Assembly (NCBI GenBank): GCA_018398765.1
Contig: JAHBMJ010000206.1
Coordinates: forward strand, 1 to 54,171
DNA length: 54,171 nt
From: Chromera velia
Lineage: Eukaryota
Reading direction: 5' to 3'
The notes beneath the pieces were generated by a model, which saw only the letters and a list, made by a program, of their open reading frames with translations, was not told the DNA's origin and searched no databases. The position numbers were made by a program, and so were the translations under genes. Positions 50,176-54,171 of this stretch are shown in pieces (the first letter of the stretch is position 1; every line of letters starts with the position of its first letter).

Positions 50176-50960
50176 TCTACTATACTTACTGTAGGCCAGT
50201 GACCCGCAAATTTCCGCTGGGGGGGCATTTACCCCCGTTAGAACTTCACTTACCTTCACGATCTTTCACAAAATGCCCCCTCTATATAGCCACTCGCACG
50301 GAGCTTACACGGAAATTGATGTATGCCGCGCAATTCTGTACGATGCACGCCGTGCCGCGACTCTGAATTTATCTGGCTGGGGATGTATTACGGGCCAGGC
50401 GTTTTGACACGCGCCTGACGCATGCCATCCCACGACTCTGAAATTATATCCGGCTGGGGACATTTGATGGGCTAGGCATTTTGACGGGCCATAAATATTT
50501 GACAGATATCGACGGGCCAGGTTAGTATACAGATGAGACCAGATCAACGGTTATATATTATTAACCTTTGAAGTCACCTTCCCATATTAAAATTTTGATA
50601 GACCAATTAATCCCAAGGTTTAGACGGGCCTACAATTTTGACGGGCTTGGCAGGGATATTCAATGGGTTAAAGCCACAAGTGATCGATAAGCTGCGCATT
50701 GAAAGTGATCAATAAGCTTGTTCCTAGAATTAACTAACAGGAAAAAGCGGAAGCTTCAAACAAACTAGGCTAGATCCGTCCCTCATATATCGGGATGTGA
50801 CATGCATAATAAAACTCTTGATCATCATATTTGATGGGCCTGGTAAATTAAATCTTCACCGGTTCATTTTTTTGACGGGTTAACTATATTTTGACGGGCT
50901 AACGATATTTGACGGACCAAGTGATCTTGACCGGCTCACTTTTTTTGACGGGCCAGCTAG
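50176..50960 (+). mobile_element. Putative non-autonomous Helitron-like element (785 bp)
   Basis: A|TCTACTATACT at the 5' end and GACGGGCCAGCTAG|T at the 3' end match the TC...CTRR termini in an AT site with no TSD. It has an internal array of TTTGACGGG motifs and a ~55-bp internal direct repeat (~50359 and ~50433). The 3' hairpin is weak. Confidence 0.55.
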
Positions 50961-52329
50961 TATGCAATTAAGGTGTGTACGGGTATGCATGCTCTGCGTA
51001 GCTATTTAAAATCTTCAAATAGATGCAGCAGTAAGAGATATTAGTTAGTACCTTAAGAAAAGAAAATCGTGCACGCGGAATGTGCGTGCGGAGGCGCAAG
51101 GCTGCACGCGTCGGCGTGCGTCATGACGGCGAGACGGCGGGGAGACAGTAAGTACTGTATAGAGCATAGAAGAGAACAGAAGAATAATACAGAAATAAGA
51201 TCAAAGAATAAAGAAAGAAAGATCATCGGATTATCATCCTTTCATACCCTAAACCATTGGTGGTGAAGGGAGTGGTGAAATTTATAGGAGGAAAAATATA
51301 AGATAAAGAGATGATTGGGTAAGAAGAAAGAGAAATGCGGATCAGAGGTAAAGACGACAGAATATTTTGTCACAGTACTTTAAGATTTTCAGTGTTATGT
51401 TCTTTTTTTGGTTTTAAGGGCCTTTAAAATTGTATTGCTGCACCTGCACCTATACCAGATTCATCAATACTTTGCCTATTTTCGTACTGCTTTCCGGGGC
51501 CGCCCGTGTATACATTTGTCTGCCGTCTCTTTTCTGGTTGGAGAGATCTAGAGAGATCGTGCAAAGTCGAGGTATGGGCAGATCCTGGGTCAGAGCTCAA
51601 GTGACCAAATGGGGGTTTCCAAAGTTGCTGATTACATCTTTGAGGTCGGGAAAGTCTATAGAACAGCCTTTTCCATCAAATTATTATTGGAGTGATAAGA
51701 ACTCAAAGATTTGCCTATCCGTCTCCCTGTATACCCCATGTCCATGTATGTTGCTTTCCTCTTTCTGCAGGGCACCCACCAGACTGTCCACCCGGGAGGT
51801 TGGCGACTCTTTTCTCTCTCTAGGTTAGATATGAGGAATCCCGAGCTGTGACTGAGGCAGTGCACGCTTCTTCTAGGCTGCAATGCATGAGTGTCCCCTC
51901 ACTTTTGGGCAGGCTCTTTGCATGGATTTATCTGGAGTTTTTTTAAACTTTGTATGTTTAGGTGGAGGACCCGAAACTCCGGTGGGCAAAGTATGGTGAA
52001 ACATATGGTATGCAGGATGCCACTTCCACAGGCTCCAGTGGTATGCTGGGGCCCAGCAAAAAATCGTTTCGACCAAAGCCTCTTAGTATTAATCCTCAGG
52101 GCCGTCTTACAAAAAGACTGTCTGGAGTCTGGACAATGAAAGTGGAAAGACTATCATGCAGACAGACAGAAAGATAGAAGTGGTGAGTTCGTTATTCAAT
52201 TAAGCACGAAAGATGAAAGTGAAGAGAAGTTTAATGTTTGCGTGTTTATCTTCATATATAGGAGTTCTGGTTTGTTTTTATACTATTCTATAACCATTTA
52301 TAACTATTCAAACCATTTTAGGTTCTATC

Positions 52330-52764
52330 ATGAGGGGGGACTTCCAAGTCCGGGGGGCCTATGCTCCACAAAGGCTGGCAATTTTCGATACCAGGGTGAT
52401 AAACCTACACGCCGCCTCGAGGGAGAAGGTGACCTGGACTCAAGCCCTCAAAGCAGCAATAGAAGAAAAGAAGAGGAAACATGGGTAGGCAAGTGCGGAC
52501 AGAGGGTGCGACTTCACTCCACTCATGAGTACGGTCGACGGGACGATGGAGGGGGAGGCAAAGATGTTCTTGAAGAGGGTGGCAGAGCGATTGAGCGAGA
52601 AATGGGGGCAACACATGAGTAAGACGTGCGGCCGGATCCGAGCCCGACTGCAGATTGCCCACCTGAAAGCGGCAAGCGCATGCATTCGGGAGACCAGAGG
52701 AGTGCAGGGGGAGGGCTGGGAGGAAGCAGGAGTAGGCAGTGCACTGGTCATGACTGAGGGGTAG
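52330..52764 (+). pseudogene. Degenerate C-terminal restriction-like endonuclease (RLE) fragment of a non-LTR retrotransposon (CRE-like)
   Basis: Frame from 52330 reads [29 protein letters not shown]...[51 protein letters not shown]...[17 protein letters not shown]. This matches the RGD..VRG...FD.RV...EKK.KY...FTPL..S.DG..G.EA..FLK...KW pattern of RLE-bearing non-LTR elements. In-frame TAG at 52486-52488; no RT domain upstream. Confidence 0.8.
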
Positions 52765-53474
52765 GAAGTACTTAGCAAATGCCGAAGAAGGCATTCAGAT
52801 GGAGGAGCGTTAAGTATGAGGTCGCATGAGAGAGAGAGCTAGCAGCGAGAGCAGTAACCAGGACAGAAGGAAGAGATGAAAAACGTATAGGCCAGACGCT
52901 AGGAACAAACTTTAAGTCAATGCCCCCCCCTTTTTTATCTATTTTTGTCAAAAGTATTCAAAATTTGGTAAATTACCCATAGTGGTATATAAATTATAAC
53001 TGAAATTACGTAAGTTTACATATTTTTTTTTCTTTTGTTTCTATCTCTAATTTTATATGTCCAACTGTAAATGAGGCTTTGAATAAACGTAAGTCTTTTC
53101 GGTTTTCCTACTAAATTTCTCCCCAACAAGAATTTTACAGAAACGTAAACTCACAATGTATTGCTATGGTGAATATGTTAAAAATTCTGCTAGAAATTCC
53201 TTGTGAGGAAATCTTTGTTGTTTTTTGTTCAAATGTTGTAAACTCCATCCTCCATCCTCCTCCAAATGATTCTGCTTTAAATTTCACATTTTAGGAAGGC
53301 AAAAACATTCTCTGTGGTCCAGGAAAAGCCAGCATCCAAACATATGAAAACAGAAAAGAAAACCAAAGAAATGAAACTGGAACAGACGTCAGCTTTTGTA
53401 CGGAATTATCAACCAGATGAGATTTAGAGCATATTGTTTGTTCCAATGAGGGGTCATATACGCAGACAGACAAG

Positions 53475-54171
53475 AAAGATGAAGACTGAAAGGTCGTTAT
53501 GTGATGAAACAAGGAAGATAAAAGTGAAGCGGACTTTCTGCAAGCAGACGGGCTAGCAGATAGGATGAAACTGGAGAGGCCCTTAACACGCAGGCAGGAA
53601 AGATGGAAGCCAGCGGAAAGTAGTCATGCAAGCTGGCAAGATAGACAAAAGTGGAGAGTCGTCATGTTCGACAGCGCACGACAGAAGAAAGTAGAGACCC
53701 ACCAAGCAAGCAAAAAAGAAAGATGGAAATATGAAAGTGGAGAGGCCGTCGTGCAAGAAGAAAGAAAGAAAGATGGAAGTGGAGAGGCCGTCGTGCAAAC
53801 AGACAGAAAGATGGAAGTGGAGAGGCCGTCATGCAAACAGACAAAAAGATGGAATTGGAGAGGCCGTCATGCAAACAGACAGAAAGATGGAAGTGGAGAG
53901 GCTGTCATACAAACAGATAGAAAGATGAAAGTGGAGAGGCCGTCATGCAAACAGACAGAAAGAAAGATGAAAGTGGAGAGGCCGCCATGCAAACAGACAG
54001 AAAGATGAAAGTGGAGAGGCCGTCATGCAAACAGACAGAAAGATGGAAGCGGAGAGGCTGTCATGGAAACAGATAGAAAGACGAAAGTGGAGAGGCTGTC
54101 GTGCAAACAGACAGAAAGACGAAAGTGGAGAGGTGCCATGCAAACAGATAGAAAGATGAAAGTGGAGAGGC
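53475..54171. repeat. 38-bp tandem satellite (GAAAGATGRAAGTGGAGAGGCCGTCATGCAAACAGACA), continuing beyond the window end
   Basis: Regular from ~53765 and degenerate from ~53475. Diverged units also occur at ~52135-52230. Confidence 0.92.

Noticed and set aside
50380..50960. CRISPR-like appearance of a repeated motif with variable spacers
   Set aside because: The repeat is only ~9-12 nt, spacing is irregular and short, the context is eukaryotic, and no cas genes are present.
51430..52134. Moderately GC-rich stretch with short ORFs and acceptor-like sites
   Set aside because: No coherent spliced frame or recognisable motif; may be decayed TE or pseudogene sequence.
53565..54143. ORFs with KMEVERPSCKQT repeats
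   Set aside because: The 38-bp period is not a multiple of 3; these are satellite translations.

Overview
Eukaryotic, intron-rich genomic DNA with GT-AG introns (mostly ...YGCAG acceptors), abundant AG/AC/GACA microsatellites and many TGCATG motifs. The style suggests a chromerid/apicomplexan-related alveolate such as Chromera velia, but this is inference. By reading splice sites and checking intron phases I reconstructed six protein-coding genes: (1) the last exon of a fumarylacetoacetate-hydrolase-family gene (270-839 +); (2) an intronless 1060-aa Pro/Ser-rich protein with CxxC motifs (4369-7551 +); (3) a 4-exon 713-aa coiled-coil/low-complexity protein with a C-terminal SH3 domain (20121-16838 -); (4) a divergent 6-exon 527-aa putatively secreted Cys/Trp-rich protein of unknown family (20918-23887 +); (5) a 13-micro-exon OMS1/METTL7-like class I methyltransferase that the ORF track shows only as scattered fragments (33042-26887 -); (6) a divergent ~3700-aa 11-exon coiled-coil protein (34051-48865 +). 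AT-rich islands at gene 3' ends carry mobile DNA: a 239-bp MITE with an 8-bp TSD, a 785-bp Helitron-like element with a TTTGACGGG array and an inverted copy of nearby DNA, and a degenerate RLE-type non-LTR retrotransposon fragment lying between units of a 38-bp satellite. Half of the 30 reconstructed introns use GTC donors, many of them expanded into 4-nt repeats. About 8 kb (9.0-16.8 kb) remains unexplained. All gene models are manual predictions without transcript support.
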